64,000 nucleotides of DNA from Thermoanaerobaculia bacterium (GTDB lineage: Bacteria > Acidobacteriota > Thermoanaerobaculia > UBA5066 > Gp7-AA6): NCBI GenBank assembly GCA_038239305.1, contig JBBSEW010000015.1, positions 66 through 64,065 on the forward strand, in the 5' to 3' direction. A program made the position numbers and the translations under genes. A model generated the notes under the pieces. The model made no database searches. It was given only the letters and a program-made list of their open reading frames with translations, and had not been told where the DNA came from. Shown here one piece after another: positions 9,732 to 18,902 of the stretch; position 1 is the stretch's first letter, and each line of letters opens with the position of its first letter.

Positions 9732-9805
9732 CGCCCGTCGCGGAGGATCCGTTATGGCCGGAACTTCCTCCTGGCCCGAGCGTAGAAGGGCACAGGAGGA
9801 CCTCC

Positions 9806-10630
9806 ATGATCGACTTCGCGAAGGTTCCTGTTCTTGCCATGGCCGGGGTCCTGTCCGCCGGGCTCGCCGCGGCGGCGCCGTCCACGCCCGCGGGACGCGG
9901 CGAAAGCCGTAAGGAAGTCCGCAGGACGCTTCCGCTCGAAGCCCATGGGCGGCTCGAGATCTCGACATACAAGGGCTCCGTCGAAGTCAGCGTGTGGGAC
10001 CGGCCCGAGGCCGAGATCGCGGCCACCGTCGAGGCCGACGGATTCGACTCCGACTCGGAAAGCCGGGTGGCGGACACGGAGATTCGGATCGAAGGCGGCG
10101 GATCGAGCGTCCGCGTGAAGTCCGACTATGACCGCATCCAGAACCATCATCTCTTCTCCTGGTCCAGCAACAACGGCCCGCTTCCCTTCGTCCGGTACCG
10201 GATCCGGATGCCGGCGACAGCCCGTCTGGCGATCGAAGACTACAAGTCCGACACGCGAGTTTCGGGGCTCCGGGCCGATCTCAAGCTCCACACGTACAAG
10301 GGCACCGGCCGGATCGACGGGCTCGACGGCGCCGCGGACGTCGACACCTACAAGGGCGAGATCGCCCTGTCGTTCTCGCGATACTCCCGGGCGAGCCGCC
10401 TCGAGACGTACAAAGGGCGATTCGAGGTGACATTGCCGCGCGACAGCCGCTTCGAGCTCGACGCGGAAGGCGGGCGGCGCGGGGAAATCGACTCCGATTT
10501 CGCGGTGGCGAGCCATCGTTCGTCACGGCGCGGGAACGAGAGCGAGAGCGCGAGGGGATCCGTCAACGGTGGGGGTCCGTCCCTGCGCTTCGAGTCCACG
10601 CGCGGCAGTCTCCGCCTGCGCGGGGTCTGA
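9806..10630 (+). CDS. secreted beta-strand repeat protein (DUF4097-like)
   Basis: ATG at 9806 preceded by caggagga. Signal peptide. Recurring xTYKGxxxx strands (STYKGSVEV, HTYKGTGRI, DTYKGEIAL, ETYKGRFEV). The upstream part of track ORF 8837..10630 overlaps the AKR gene and is rejected. Confidence 0.7.
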   Translation: MIDFAKVPVLAMAGVLSAGLAAAAPSTPAGRGESRKEVRRTLPLEAHGRLEISTYKGSVEVSVWDRPEAEIAATVEADGFDSDSESRVADTEIRIEGGGSSVRVKSDYDRIQNHHLFSWSSNNGPLPFVRYRIRMPATARLAIEDYKSDTRVSGLRADLKLHTYKGTGRIDGLDGAADVDTYKGEIALSFSRYSRASRLETYKGRFEVTLPRDSRFELDAEGGRRGEIDSDFAVASHRSSRRGNESESARGSVNGGGPSLRFESTRGSLRLRGV

Positions 10631-10760
10631 ACCCTACAGGTGTTGCGCGAAAGCCACGGGAGACAGCGACTCCCCGTTCCCGGATCGCTGATCGCCGATG
10701 ACGGATAACCGATACGGATCACTGACAACGAGGGGCTGACAGCTTAAGCTGTGGCCCTTC

Positions 10761-11708
10761 ATGATCGACCTGGAGCAGATTCGCGAGGCAGCGGCCCGGA
10801 TCGCCGGTCGGGTGCATCGCACGCCGCTTCTGCGCTCGGAGAGCCTCGGCGAGCGGATCGGCGCCTCCCTCTACCTGAAGTGCGAAAGCTTTCAGAAGAC
10901 CGGCTCGTTCAAGCCGCGCGGAGCACTCAACAAGATCCTCTCCCTCTCCGAGGCAGAGCGCGCTTGCGGCCTCGTCACGGTTTCGGCGGGAAACCACGCG
11001 CAGGCCGTTGCCTGGGCGGCGCGCCAGGCCGGCGCTTCTGCGGTCGTCGTGATGCCGACGGACGCGCCGCGCGCGAAGATCGACGCCGTCCGGGGATACG
11101 GCGCCGAGATCGTTCTCCACGACGACCGGCCGACGCTGTTCGACCGTCTGAACGCCGTCCGGGAAGAGCGCGGGCTCACCTTCATTCATCCGTTCGATGA
11201 TCCGGTGATCGTCGCCGGCGCCGGGACGGCGGGCCTCGAGATCCTGGAGGACCTCCCGGATGCCGACGTGGTCGTCGTGCCGGTGGGCGGAGGCGGTCTT
11301 CTGGCCGGCGTCGCGTCCGCCGTCAAGGCTCTCCGCCCGCAGGTGCGGGTCGTCGGGGTCGAGCTCGAGGCCGGGCCCGGCCTGACACCGGCGCTCGCGG
11401 CGGGGAAGCCCGTTCCGGTGAAGCGCTCGCCGACTCTCGCCGACGGCATGACGCCGCCTTTCGTGGGAGCTCTGAACCTCCAGATCGCGATGCAAGCCGT
11501 CGACGAGATCGTCCTCGTGTCGGAAGCGGCGATCCGGGACGCGATGGCGCTCCTGATCACGCGGGCGAAGCTCTGGGTCGAGGGCTCCGGAGCCGCGGCG
11601 ACGGGTGCGCTCCTCGAGGGCCGCGTGCGGGGCATCGCCGGGCGGCGAGTCGTCGCGCTGGTTTCGGGCGGGAATGCGGATCTCGCGGCCCTCACGGGTT
11701 TCTTTTGA
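10761..11708 (+). CDS. PLP-dependent threonine/serine dehydratase family enzyme (no ACT domain)
   Basis: PLP-lysine motif ESFQKTGSFKPRGA and glycine loop PVGGGGL. 315 aa. Confidence 0.85.
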   Translation: MIDLEQIREAAARIAGRVHRTPLLRSESLGERIGASLYLKCESFQKTGSFKPRGALNKILSLSEAERACGLVTVSAGNHAQAVAWAARQAGASAVVVMPTDAPRAKIDAVRGYGAEIVLHDDRPTLFDRLNAVREERGLTFIHPFDDPVIVAGAGTAGLEILEDLPDADVVVVPVGGGGLLAGVASAVKALRPQVRVVGVELEAGPGLTPALAAGKPVPVKRSPTLADGMTPPFVGALNLQIAMQAVDEIVLVSEAAIRDAMALLITRAKLWVEGSGAAATGALLEGRVRGIAGRRVVALVSGGNADLAALTGFF

Positions 11709-11718
11709 CGAAGCGCGC

Positions 11719-12162
11719 GTGACGGACGGATCGACGATCTCTCCGGACGAGACGGCCGTCGCGGCGGCGAACCTCGGCTTCTATCGGGCCCTCGAAGCGC
11801 GAAGCCTGTCGGGCATGGACGTCGTCTGGTCGCACTCGGACCAGACAGCCTGCGTGCATCCCGGCTGGCACCGGCTCGACGGGTGGGACGAGATCCGCCG
11901 CTCGTTCGCCAACATCTTCGCGAGCTCGCGCCCCTGGACCGTGTCGTGCGAGGACGTCCGCGTCGTGGCGATGGGTGACACGGCGTGGGTCTCGTGCGTC
12001 GAGGTGATCCGCCCTTTCGGATCCGATCGCTCGGACGCCGCCGCGCGGATGCAGTCGACCAATATCTTCATCCTCGAGAGCGGAGAGTGGAAGCTCCTGC
12101 ACCACCACGCTTCCGCCTCGCCCGACGACCCGGAAGGCGACGAAGACGAGACGGTGAATTAG
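11719..12162 (+). CDS. NTF2/SnoaL-like fold protein
   Basis: GTG at 11719 is the first start after the upstream stop. Pattern ..FYRALEARSL..MDVVWSH..CVHPGW..GWDEIRRSF.. is typical of SnoaL/DUF4440-type proteins. Confidence 0.6.
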   Translation: MTDGSTISPDETAVAAANLGFYRALEARSLSGMDVVWSHSDQTACVHPGWHRLDGWDEIRRSFANIFASSRPWTVSCEDVRVVAMGDTAWVSCVEVIRPFGSDRSDAAARMQSTNIFILESGEWKLLHHHASASPDDPEGDEDETVN

Positions 12163-12175
12163 CGAATACCCGGCC

Positions 12176-12238
12176 GCCGAGAGCCGAGAGCCGAGAGCCG
12201 AGAGCTGAGAGCCGAGAGCTGTCCGCCGACGGCCGTTC
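12176..12238. repeat. heptamer tandem repeat (GCCGAGA), 6 good plus 3 degenerate units
   Basis: gccgaga x4, gctgaga, gccgaga, then gctgtcc gccgacg gccgttc. Fills the gap between convergent stops at 12162 (+) and 12242 (-). Confidence 0.95.
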
Positions 12239-12241
12239 CGC

Positions 12242-13849
12242 TCACTTCTCCGGCGCCGCCCTCTGGTAGAACGCGGCGACATCCGCCGTCAGCTTTAGGA
12301 GTGACGGCTTGTGGATGTACATCATGTGCCGGGCGTCGTAGTGCTCGAGCGTCACGTTCTTGCGCAGCGCCGGATCGAGCTGGAGATGATCGACGGTGTA
12401 CTCCGCCGCGAAAAACGGCGTCGCGAAATCGTAGTACCCGGCTCCGACGAACACTTTGAGCGACTGGTTCTGCGTCATCGCGGAGCGGAGCGTCTCGGCG
12501 ACGTTCAGATACCGGTTCTGCGCGTTGCCGTAATGCCAGGGCGCGACGCGGCCCGTCAGGAGCTCGTAGGGGAGGTCGTTTTCGTAGTGGAGCTCCGATC
12601 GAAGATAGTCGTTGACGACGGCGCCGAACGGACCTCGGATCGCCGCCATGCTCGGGTCGTACTCGCTTTCTTCGCCACCGGAGTCCCGATCGATGCCCTG
12701 GAACCGGCTGTCGAGCCGGCCCACCGTTCGCTGCTCTCCGCGAAGAAGCTCCTTCGAGAAGCGCGCGAGCGTCACCCGGAGATCGTTCTGCTCGACGAAC
12801 GCGGAAGAGAGCCCGGTCAGGCGGGCGAGCTTTTGCGCGACGTTCTTGCGCTCCCCGTCCGACAGCTTCGCACCCTTCATCAGAGCGACCGTGTACTCCG
12901 CCGCCGCAAACTGCTTCGACTCCTCGACCGCCTTGCGAAAGTCCGCCTGGAGGTCGGGCGCGAGACGCTTGTAGTACCAGGCGGTGGTCGTGTACGTCGG
13001 GAGAAACGTGATGAAAGGCAGGTCATTTCCGACGTTGAAGTCCGCCGTCGCGAAATTCAGGATCGTCGATATGAGGACGAGTCCATTCAGATACATGCCG
13101 TGCCGTTCCTGCAGATACTCGGAGAGTCCCGCCGCCCGCGTCGTGCCATAGCTCTCTCCCGCCAGGTACTTGGGCGAAGACCATCGGCCGTTGCGGGTCG
13201 TCCAGAGCCGGATGAAATCGCCGACCCACCGGACATCCTCCTCGACGCCGTGAAATTGCTCCGGTTTTTCGCCGGACGCGGGCCGGCTGAAACCGGTCGT
13301 GACAGGGTCGATGAAGACGAGGTCCGAGAAGGCGAGCCAGCTCGACTCGTTGTCGACGAGGCGGTACGGCGGCGGGAGCGGCTGGCCGTCGTCCGCCATG
13401 AGGACGCGCTTCGGTCCGACGGCCCCCATGTGAAGCCACACGGAGGCGGAACCCGGCCCGCCGTTGAACGTGTACGTGATCGGCCGCCTCGCGGAGCCTC
13501 CATCCTTCGAGTAGGAAACGTAGAAGATGTTGGCCTTCAGTTTCCCGGTTTCGTCCTTCATCGGCATGTATCCCGCCGTGGCGGTATAGCGGAACGGCTT
13601 TCCGTCCAGCAGGATCTCGTGATGCGTGACGGAGGGTTTCTCTTCGCGCGCCGGCTTGTCCGGTTGATCCGGTTTTGCCTCCACCGTCTTGCGGTCCTTG
13701 TCCTCCGCGGGGCGGGCATCGTCGGACGCCCGCGCCTCCCGGGCCTCGGCCTCGGTGCGGGGCCGATCGGACTGCGCTCTCGCGCCGTCGCTTCCGAGAG
13801 CCGCGCATCCGAGCAAGCCGAGTACGCCGAGCACCCGTCGAAGCGCCAT
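12242..13849 (-). CDS. serine carboxypeptidase, peptidase S10 family, secreted
   Basis: Signal peptide MALRRVLGVLGLLGCAALG. Catalytic-Ser motif LAGESYGT. NGGPGSAS near the N-terminus. Strong RBS aaggagga. Confidence 0.85.
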   Translation of the reverse strand: MALRRVLGVLGLLGCAALGSDGARAQSDRPRTEAEAREARASDDARPAEDKDRKTVEAKPDQPDKPAREEKPSVTHHEILLDGKPFRYTATAGYMPMKDETGKLKANIFYVSYSKDGGSARRPITYTFNGGPGSASVWLHMGAVGPKRVLMADDGQPLPPPYRLVDNESSWLAFSDLVFIDPVTTGFSRPASGEKPEQFHGVEEDVRWVGDFIRLWTTRNGRWSSPKYLAGESYGTTRAAGLSEYLQERHGMYLNGLVLISTILNFATADFNVGNDLPFITFLPTYTTTAWYYKRLAPDLQADFRKAVEESKQFAAAEYTVALMKGAKLSDGERKNVAQKLARLTGLSSAFVEQNDLRVTLARFSKELLRGEQRTVGRLDSRFQGIDRDSGGEESEYDPSMAAIRGPFGAVVNDYLRSELHYENDLPYELLTGRVAPWHYGNAQNRYLNVAETLRSAMTQNQSLKVFVGAGYYDFATPFFAAEYTVDHLQLDPALRKNVTLEHYDARHMMYIHKPSLLKLTADVAAFYQRAAPEK

Positions 13850-14017
13850 GGGATCCTCCTTTCGCCGAGCCGAAGCGGCGCGAATTATACGGTCGCGCGG
13901 GCGGCCGAATTGGCGCGTTTCGGCACACGCAACGGGGTCCGCAGTTTCCCTGTTGCCCGCGCACCGCTAGAATCTCTGGCCGCGGAATCGGCCGCCGGGG
14001 ATCGAGCAGGAGGATGT

Positions 14018-15040
14018 GTGAAGACCGTCGTTCGGATCGTGGGTGTCATCGGAGCCGTCTGTCTCCTGGCGGCCGCATCGGGCCTCGCGTACCTCGCACT
14101 CCGCAAGCCCGACATGAGACCGGCCTCCTCCGAGAAAATCGAGGCGACGCCAGCCCGGCTCGCGCGGGGCGAGTACCTCGCGCGTCACGTCGCAGGATGC
14201 CTCGATTGCCACTCCGACGGGCACTTCGATCGGTTCTCCGTGCCCGCGAAGGCCGGAACCCTCGGACAGGGAGGATTCGCTTTCGACGCGAAGCTCGGCG
14301 TTCCCGGCGTGGTGCAGGCGCAGAACATCACGTCGGATCCGGAAACCGGCCTCGGGAACTGGACGGACGGGGAAATCCTGCGCGCGATTCGCGAGGGGGT
14401 GGACCGGCACGGCGTCGCCCTTTTTCCGCAAATGCCGTATCCCTCGTTCCGGACGATGAGCGACGAGGACGCGCGCTCCGTGGTGACCTATGTGCGCACG
14501 CTGCCGGCCATCCGGAACTCCGTGGCGCCGCGGCGTCTCGACTTCCCGGTGAACCTCCTCATCAAGGGAGCCCCAAAGCCGGTCTCGGGCCCCGTCGCCG
14601 CGCCGCCTCGATCCGACTCGGTCGCCTACGGCGGATATCTGGTGACGATCGCCGGCTGCCGCGAATGCCACACGGCCCATGACGACCACGGCGCCCGGAT
14701 CCCCGGAGCGGATTTCGCGGGCGGCTGGGAGATGCGCGGACCCTGGGGACGCAACGTGACGGCGAACATCACGCCGGATCCGGGAACCTGGATGGGACAT
14801 GCGACCCGTCAGGATTTTCTCGGCCGCTTTCATGCGTTCGCTGCGATCGATCCGGAGAACGCGCCGGTCGCGCCGAAGGGCCGCAACACCGTGATGCCCT
14901 GGATCGCGTTCGCCGGCATGACCGACGCGGATCTTTCCGCGATCTACGACTATCTCAAGACCGTTCCGCCGAAGGTCCGCGCGGTCGAGTCCTTTCCCGA
15001 CGCTCCGCAACCCCGGAGTTTTCCCGCCCCGACGCTCTGA
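14018..15040 (+). CDS. membrane-anchored dihaem c-type cytochrome
   Basis: GTG at 14018 after gcaggagga. N-terminal TM VVRIVGVIGAVCLLAAASGLAYL. Two CxxCH motifs (CLDCH, CRECH). The N-terminal approx. 570 aa of track ORF 12311..15040 is antisense to the S10 gene and rejected. Confidence 0.8.
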   Translation: MKTVVRIVGVIGAVCLLAAASGLAYLALRKPDMRPASSEKIEATPARLARGEYLARHVAGCLDCHSDGHFDRFSVPAKAGTLGQGGFAFDAKLGVPGVVQAQNITSDPETGLGNWTDGEILRAIREGVDRHGVALFPQMPYPSFRTMSDEDARSVVTYVRTLPAIRNSVAPRRLDFPVNLLIKGAPKPVSGPVAAPPRSDSVAYGGYLVTIAGCRECHTAHDDHGARIPGADFAGGWEMRGPWGRNVTANITPDPGTWMGHATRQDFLGRFHAFAAIDPENAPVAPKGRNTVMPWIAFAGMTDADLSAIYDYLKTVPPKVRAVESFPDAPQPRSFPAPTL

Positions 15041-15048
15041 GAGTTCCG

Positions 15049-15291
15049 TTGCCGGGACGGGAAGGAGAATCCACGGACACTTCCGACCGAAAAGGCGGGA
15101 CCGAAGACGAAGGGGACGAGCCGGCAACCCCCCCTTTCCCCCGGAGCCTCTGCCACGCCTGCGCCGCGCCGCCGAAGTACGTCCGCACGACGCGCTCCGT
15201 GTTCATCTTCTGCCCGCTCTTTCGCCGCTATCCGCCTCAGCCCGTTCTGGAGTGCTCGAAATTCGTCGCTCTCCCCGCTCCGATTCCTTGA
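15049..15291 (+). CDS. small Cys-rich protein, putative zinc ribbon (CxxC ... C ... C, YPPQPV motif)
   Basis: Strong third-position GC bias across the ORF. CHAC ... FIFCPLFRRYPPQPVLEC resembles a small conserved bacterial family I recall but cannot name. TTG start is uncertain. Confidence 0.5.
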   Translation: MPGREGESTDTSDRKGGTEDEGDEPATPPFPRSLCHACAAPPKYVRTTRSVFIFCPLFRRYPPQPVLECSKFVALPAPIP

Positions 15292-15419
15292 GCGCGCTGT
15301 TCGCCGGTCCCCGTTTCGGAGTTTTCTCCGCTCGTTTCGCATGGCACTCCTCTTGCTCCTTTTTTTCGAGCGGCTGCCGCAATTTCGGGCGCCGTACCAA
15401 ACGAAAAAGGGGATTCACC

Positions 15420-15962
15420 ATGTCTCATCGAAAGCGAACGTTCGCCGTTCTGGCGGGTGCCGCCGGCGCGCTGCTTCTGGCCTCCGTCTCCATGCCGGCT
15501 CAGACCATGACCTCCGGAAAGTCAGGCTCGCCCGACTCAAAGTTCGTGATGGAAGCCGCCGGCGGCGGCATGGCGGAAGTCGCGATGGGCAAAATGGCGG
15601 CCGAAAAAGGCACCGACCCGGACGTCCAGAAGTTCGGCCAGCGGATGGTCGACGATCATTCCAAGGCGAACGACGAGCTCAAGCAGATCGCGAGCTCGAA
15701 GGGCGTCACCGTTCCTGCCGACGTTCCGGCCGCGGAAAAGGCGAAGATGGACAAGATGGCGAAGCTGACCGGCCCGGCGTTCGACAAGGCCTACATGGCC
15801 GACATGCTGGCCGACCACCGGAAGGACGTCGCGGCATTTCGCAAGGAATCGACCTCCGGCAAGGACGCGGATGTGAAGGCGTTCGCCAGCAAGACTCTTC
15901 CGACTCTCGAGGAGCACCTCAAGATGGCGGAGCAGACGAACGCCAGGGTGGCGGGAAAGTAA
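15420..15962 (+). CDS. DUF4142-like periplasmic protein
   Basis: ATG at 15420. Signal peptide. Duplicated helical motif (FGQRMVDDHSKANDEL ... YMADMLADHRKDVAAF) characteristic of DUF4142. Confidence 0.8.
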   Translation: MSHRKRTFAVLAGAAGALLLASVSMPAQTMTSGKSGSPDSKFVMEAAGGGMAEVAMGKMAAEKGTDPDVQKFGQRMVDDHSKANDELKQIASSKGVTVPADVPAAEKAKMDKMAKLTGPAFDKAYMADMLADHRKDVAAFRKESTSGKDADVKAFASKTLPTLEEHLKMAEQTNARVAGK

Positions 15963-16024
15963 GTCAGGTCGAGCATCCGGCGGTCCGTTGTCATCTGTCA
16001 CCTGCGGACGAACAGCGAGAGGCG

Positions 16025-16058
16025 AAGGACGGCGGGATATTTTCCGCCGTCCTTTTTA
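16025..16058 (+). terminator. rho-independent terminator between convergent genes
   Basis: aaggacggcgg gatatttt ccgccgtcctt (11-bp perfect stem) followed by a T-run. It abuts the TAA stop (16056-16058) of the minus-strand gene. Confidence 0.7.
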
Positions 16059-17423
16059 TTTCAGATCTTCCGGAAGGCGCGGGGAGGAAAGAAGTTTCGC
16101 GAACTCTTTCCAGCGCACCTCCGGCCGGTCCGCGGTCCCGCCCCGGGATTCCACGTAGCGGCGCACCAGGTCTTTCCCCAGGTTGTAATTGATGACGTAG
16201 CTGCGGTACTGGTCGATGAACCGCACCCGCTGTTCCGCCCGCGGGCGCGCCATGAGCCCGTATTCGGCAAGCCAGTCGGCGGCCGCGGCGGCGTCGATCT
16301 TCCCATCGAGATAGCGGCGGGCGGCCTCGTTGCCGGCGTAGGAGAGCCCGTCCGCGAGCTTTCGCACCTCGGCGTAGCGCTCCGCGCGGGCCGGGTCGAG
16401 CCCCGCGATCGGGAAGAGGACGGTCTTCTCGAACTGCGTGCGTTCGTCTCCCGGAAACGCGACCTCGATCCCGAAATTGGCGCTGCCTTCAGCGATCAGG
16501 GATTGCGGCGAGAAGAGCGGGTACACGGTGAACTCGATCCAACCGCGGTCGCGAACGAGATTTTTTTCGAGCAGAAGGTTGTAGACGTGATGCCCCGGAT
16601 AGCCCTCGTGGCAGGCGAGATCCACGGCCCGGTCGATGAAGATCGGAAGATCCGTATTGACCTGGATCAGGCTTCGGAAGCCGCCCTGGTACCAGTTATA
16701 GCCGCTCCAGGATTTGTTCGTGACGTATTCGACCCGAAAGCTCTCGTCGTCGGGAAGAGGGATGCGGGCCTTCGTGCGAGCGCGACCGGCCTCGATCGCC
16801 GCTCCGAATACAGCGTCGAGCTTTTCTCGCGGAATCACGAACTCCTGGCGGAAGGCCTCGTACCGTTCGCCGAGGGGACCCTCGCCCGGAAGGAGTCGGG
16901 CGAGCTGGTCTCGCAGCGCGCGGAAGTGTTCCTCGCCGTGTGTGGGAGCGACGGCGTCGTAGAGCGCGAGCGACTCCTCGTCGAACGTCCGTTTCTTCCC
17001 GGAGAGGAGCTCGGCGCGCGAAGCGAGGGCGCCGAGCTGCTTCGCGAGATAGCGGTGGCGCAGAGTCGCGAGCTCGTCGGCCGCGGGCTCGGGAATCCGC
17101 GAGAGACGGTCGAGAAGAGTCCTGGCTTCCGCGAGGATCACGGGCAGCGGCCGTTTCTCGCCGGCATCGACCTGAGTCTTCCACTCGGGCGGACCGTAAT
17201 AGGCGTCGACGTAGTCGGCATCGTGGCGGCCGAGGGCCAGCACGAGCTTCACGTAGGAGTCGGCAATGCCGTTCATCGTGCCCTCCGGAATTCGCGCGGC
17301 GGGTCTGCCGGCCGCCACCGGACCCGACCGGCAGCCGAGACCCGCGATCAAACAGGACAGGACCAGCGCCCGAATGCCCGTCGCGGCGAAAAGGGGCTTC
17401 CGGATCGCCCTTCCCGTGCTCAA
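16056..17423 (-). CDS. DUF885-like putative metallopeptidase lipoprotein
   Basis: TTG at 17423 gives MSTGRAIRKPLFAATGIRALVLSCLIAGLGC (lipobox). HEGYPGHHVYN matches the HExxPGHH motif of DUF885. The start overlaps the upstream stop (TTGA). Confidence 0.7.
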   Translation of the reverse strand: MSTGRAIRKPLFAATGIRALVLSCLIAGLGCRSGPVAAGRPAARIPEGTMNGIADSYVKLVLALGRHDADYVDAYYGPPEWKTQVDAGEKRPLPVILAEARTLLDRLSRIPEPAADELATLRHRYLAKQLGALASRAELLSGKKRTFDEESLALYDAVAPTHGEEHFRALRDQLARLLPGEGPLGERYEAFRQEFVIPREKLDAVFGAAIEAGRARTKARIPLPDDESFRVEYVTNKSWSGYNWYQGGFRSLIQVNTDLPIFIDRAVDLACHEGYPGHHVYNLLLEKNLVRDRGWIEFTVYPLFSPQSLIAEGSANFGIEVAFPGDERTQFEKTVLFPIAGLDPARAERYAEVRKLADGLSYAGNEAARRYLDGKIDAAAAADWLAEYGLMARPRAEQRVRFIDQYRSYVINYNLGKDLVRRYVESRGGTADRPEVRWKEFAKLLSSPRLPEDLK

Positions 17424-17851
17424 ACCTGGGCGCGCTGGGCGGCGAAGCGCTCGCGGAGAGGCTTCAGCCGCTGCTGCGCGGATTCCGAGCCCTGAACGAC
17501 CTTGTCGACGTTGACGAGCAGCCTCGCGTTGTCCTGGCGGAGGTCGGGCACGAAATGCTCGAGCTTGGCCCACACCATCAGCATCTCGCCGCTCGACTCC
17601 AGGAAGAGGTCCGCATCCAGGATGCCGTGCGCCACGAACGACGCCGCCATGTCCCAGTAGGTTGTCACCATGCGATAGGACGCGTTCTCGGGAGTTCCCA
17701 CCGCGAGCCCGCGGATGTCCGCGAGGGTCTTCGGCGAGAATTTGCCGCGGAACCACTCGCGCGCCTCGCGCATGCGCGGTTCGCGCCGCAACTCGAAGAG
17801 CTCGAGGATCAGGTGCGCGTCCTGGTACGTGGCCACGGTCCGCTTGTGCAT
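17420..17851 (-). CDS. hypothetical protein (143 aa)
   Basis: ATG with ggagga 6 nt upstream. Coding-like composition. Translationally coupled to the downstream lipoprotein gene. No family recognised. Confidence 0.6.
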   Translation of the reverse strand: MHKRTVATYQDAHLILELFELRREPRMREAREWFRGKFSPKTLADIRGLAVGTPENASYRMVTTYWDMAASFVAHGILDADLFLESSGEMLMVWAKLEHFVPDLRQDNARLLVNVDKVVQGSESAQQRLKPLRERFAAQRAQV

Positions 17852-17900
17852 GTGCGTCCTCCGGAGGAATCGGCGCCCGGGTTCATCCGGGCCGCCGCCG

Positions 17901-18902
17901 TCAGGTGAGATTCGCCATTCTTTCGATCAGGTCGACGACGCGGTTCGAGTAGCCCCACTCGTTGTCGTACCACGAGACCGCCTTGATCCAACCGTCGCCG
18001 GTCGAGACCGTCGAAAGAGAGTCGAAGACGGAAGAGTGCGGGTTTCCGATCACGTCGGACGATACGAGCGGGGCCTCGCTGTACTCGATGATGCGCTTCA
18101 TCGGGCCGGCGGCGGCTTCGCGCACGGCGGCGTTGACCTCCGCGGCGGACGCGCTCTTCGTCAGCCGGCAGGTCAGGTCCACGATGGATCCGTCCGGAAC
18201 GGGCACGCGCATCGCCATTCCGTCGATCTTTCCGGCGAGCGCCGGCAGGACCTTTCCCACGGCCCGGGCCGCGCCCGTCGTCGTGGGGATGATGTTCTCG
18301 GCGGCCGCGCGGCTGCGCCGCAGGTCCTTGTGCGGCACGTCGGCGAGCCGCTGGTCGTTCGTGTAGGCGTGAACGGTCGTCATGAATGCCTGCTCGATCC
18401 CGAAGCGCTCGTGCAGCACTTTCGCGAGGGGAGCGAGGCAGTTCGTCGTGCAGGAGGCGTTCGAGACGAGCCGGTCCGCGGGCTTCAAGGTCGCGTCGTT
18501 GACGCCCATCACGATCATCGCGTCGATGGGGTCGTTCGCCGGAACCGTCAGGACGACCTTCTTCGCGCCGGCCGCGAGGTGACGCTCGAGCTTCTCCCGG
18601 GTCAGGATCACCCCGGTCGATTCGACGACGACGTCGACGCCGAGCTCCGCCCAGGGGATTTTCGCCGGGTCCCTCTCTCCCGTCATCCGCGTCCGGCGGC
18701 CGGCGACGGTCATGGAGTCGGCATCGGCCGAAACATCCTTCTCGAGGACGCGCATGACGGTGTCGTACTTCAGAAGATACGCGAGCTGGTCATTGTCGAA
18801 CAGGTCGTTGATCCCGGCGACTTCGATGTCCGCGCGATCGAGGAGGATGCGGAACACCGACCGGCCGATGCGGCCGAACCCGTTGATGCCGATCCGGATC
18901 AT
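17901..18902 (-). CDS. gap: glyceraldehyde-3-phosphate dehydrogenase, type I
   Basis: INGFGRIGR, active site SNASCTTNCLAP, TTVHAYT, TTTGAARAV, WYDNEWGYS. Confidence 0.95.
   Translation of the reverse strand: MIRIGINGFGRIGRSVFRILLDRADIEVAGINDLFDNDQLAYLLKYDTVMRVLEKDVSADADSMTVAGRRTRMTGERDPAKIPWAELGVDVVVESTGVILTREKLERHLAAGAKKVVLTVPANDPIDAMIVMGVNDATLKPADRLVSNASCTTNCLAPLAKVLHERFGIEQAFMTTVHAYTNDQRLADVPHKDLRRSRAAAENIIPTTTGAARAVGKVLPALAGKIDGMAMRVPVPDGSIVDLTCRLTKSASAAEVNAAVREAAAGPMKRIIEYSEAPLVSSDVIGNPHSSVFDSLSTVSTGDGWIKAVSWYDNEWGYSNRVVDLIERMANLT

Noticed and set aside
12311-14017. N-terminal approx. 570 aa of the 909-aa plus-strand ORF
   Set aside because: This part is antisense to the S10 carboxypeptidase gene. 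Only the C-terminal 340 aa, from GTG 14018 with an RBS, a TM anchor and two CxxCH motifs, look real.
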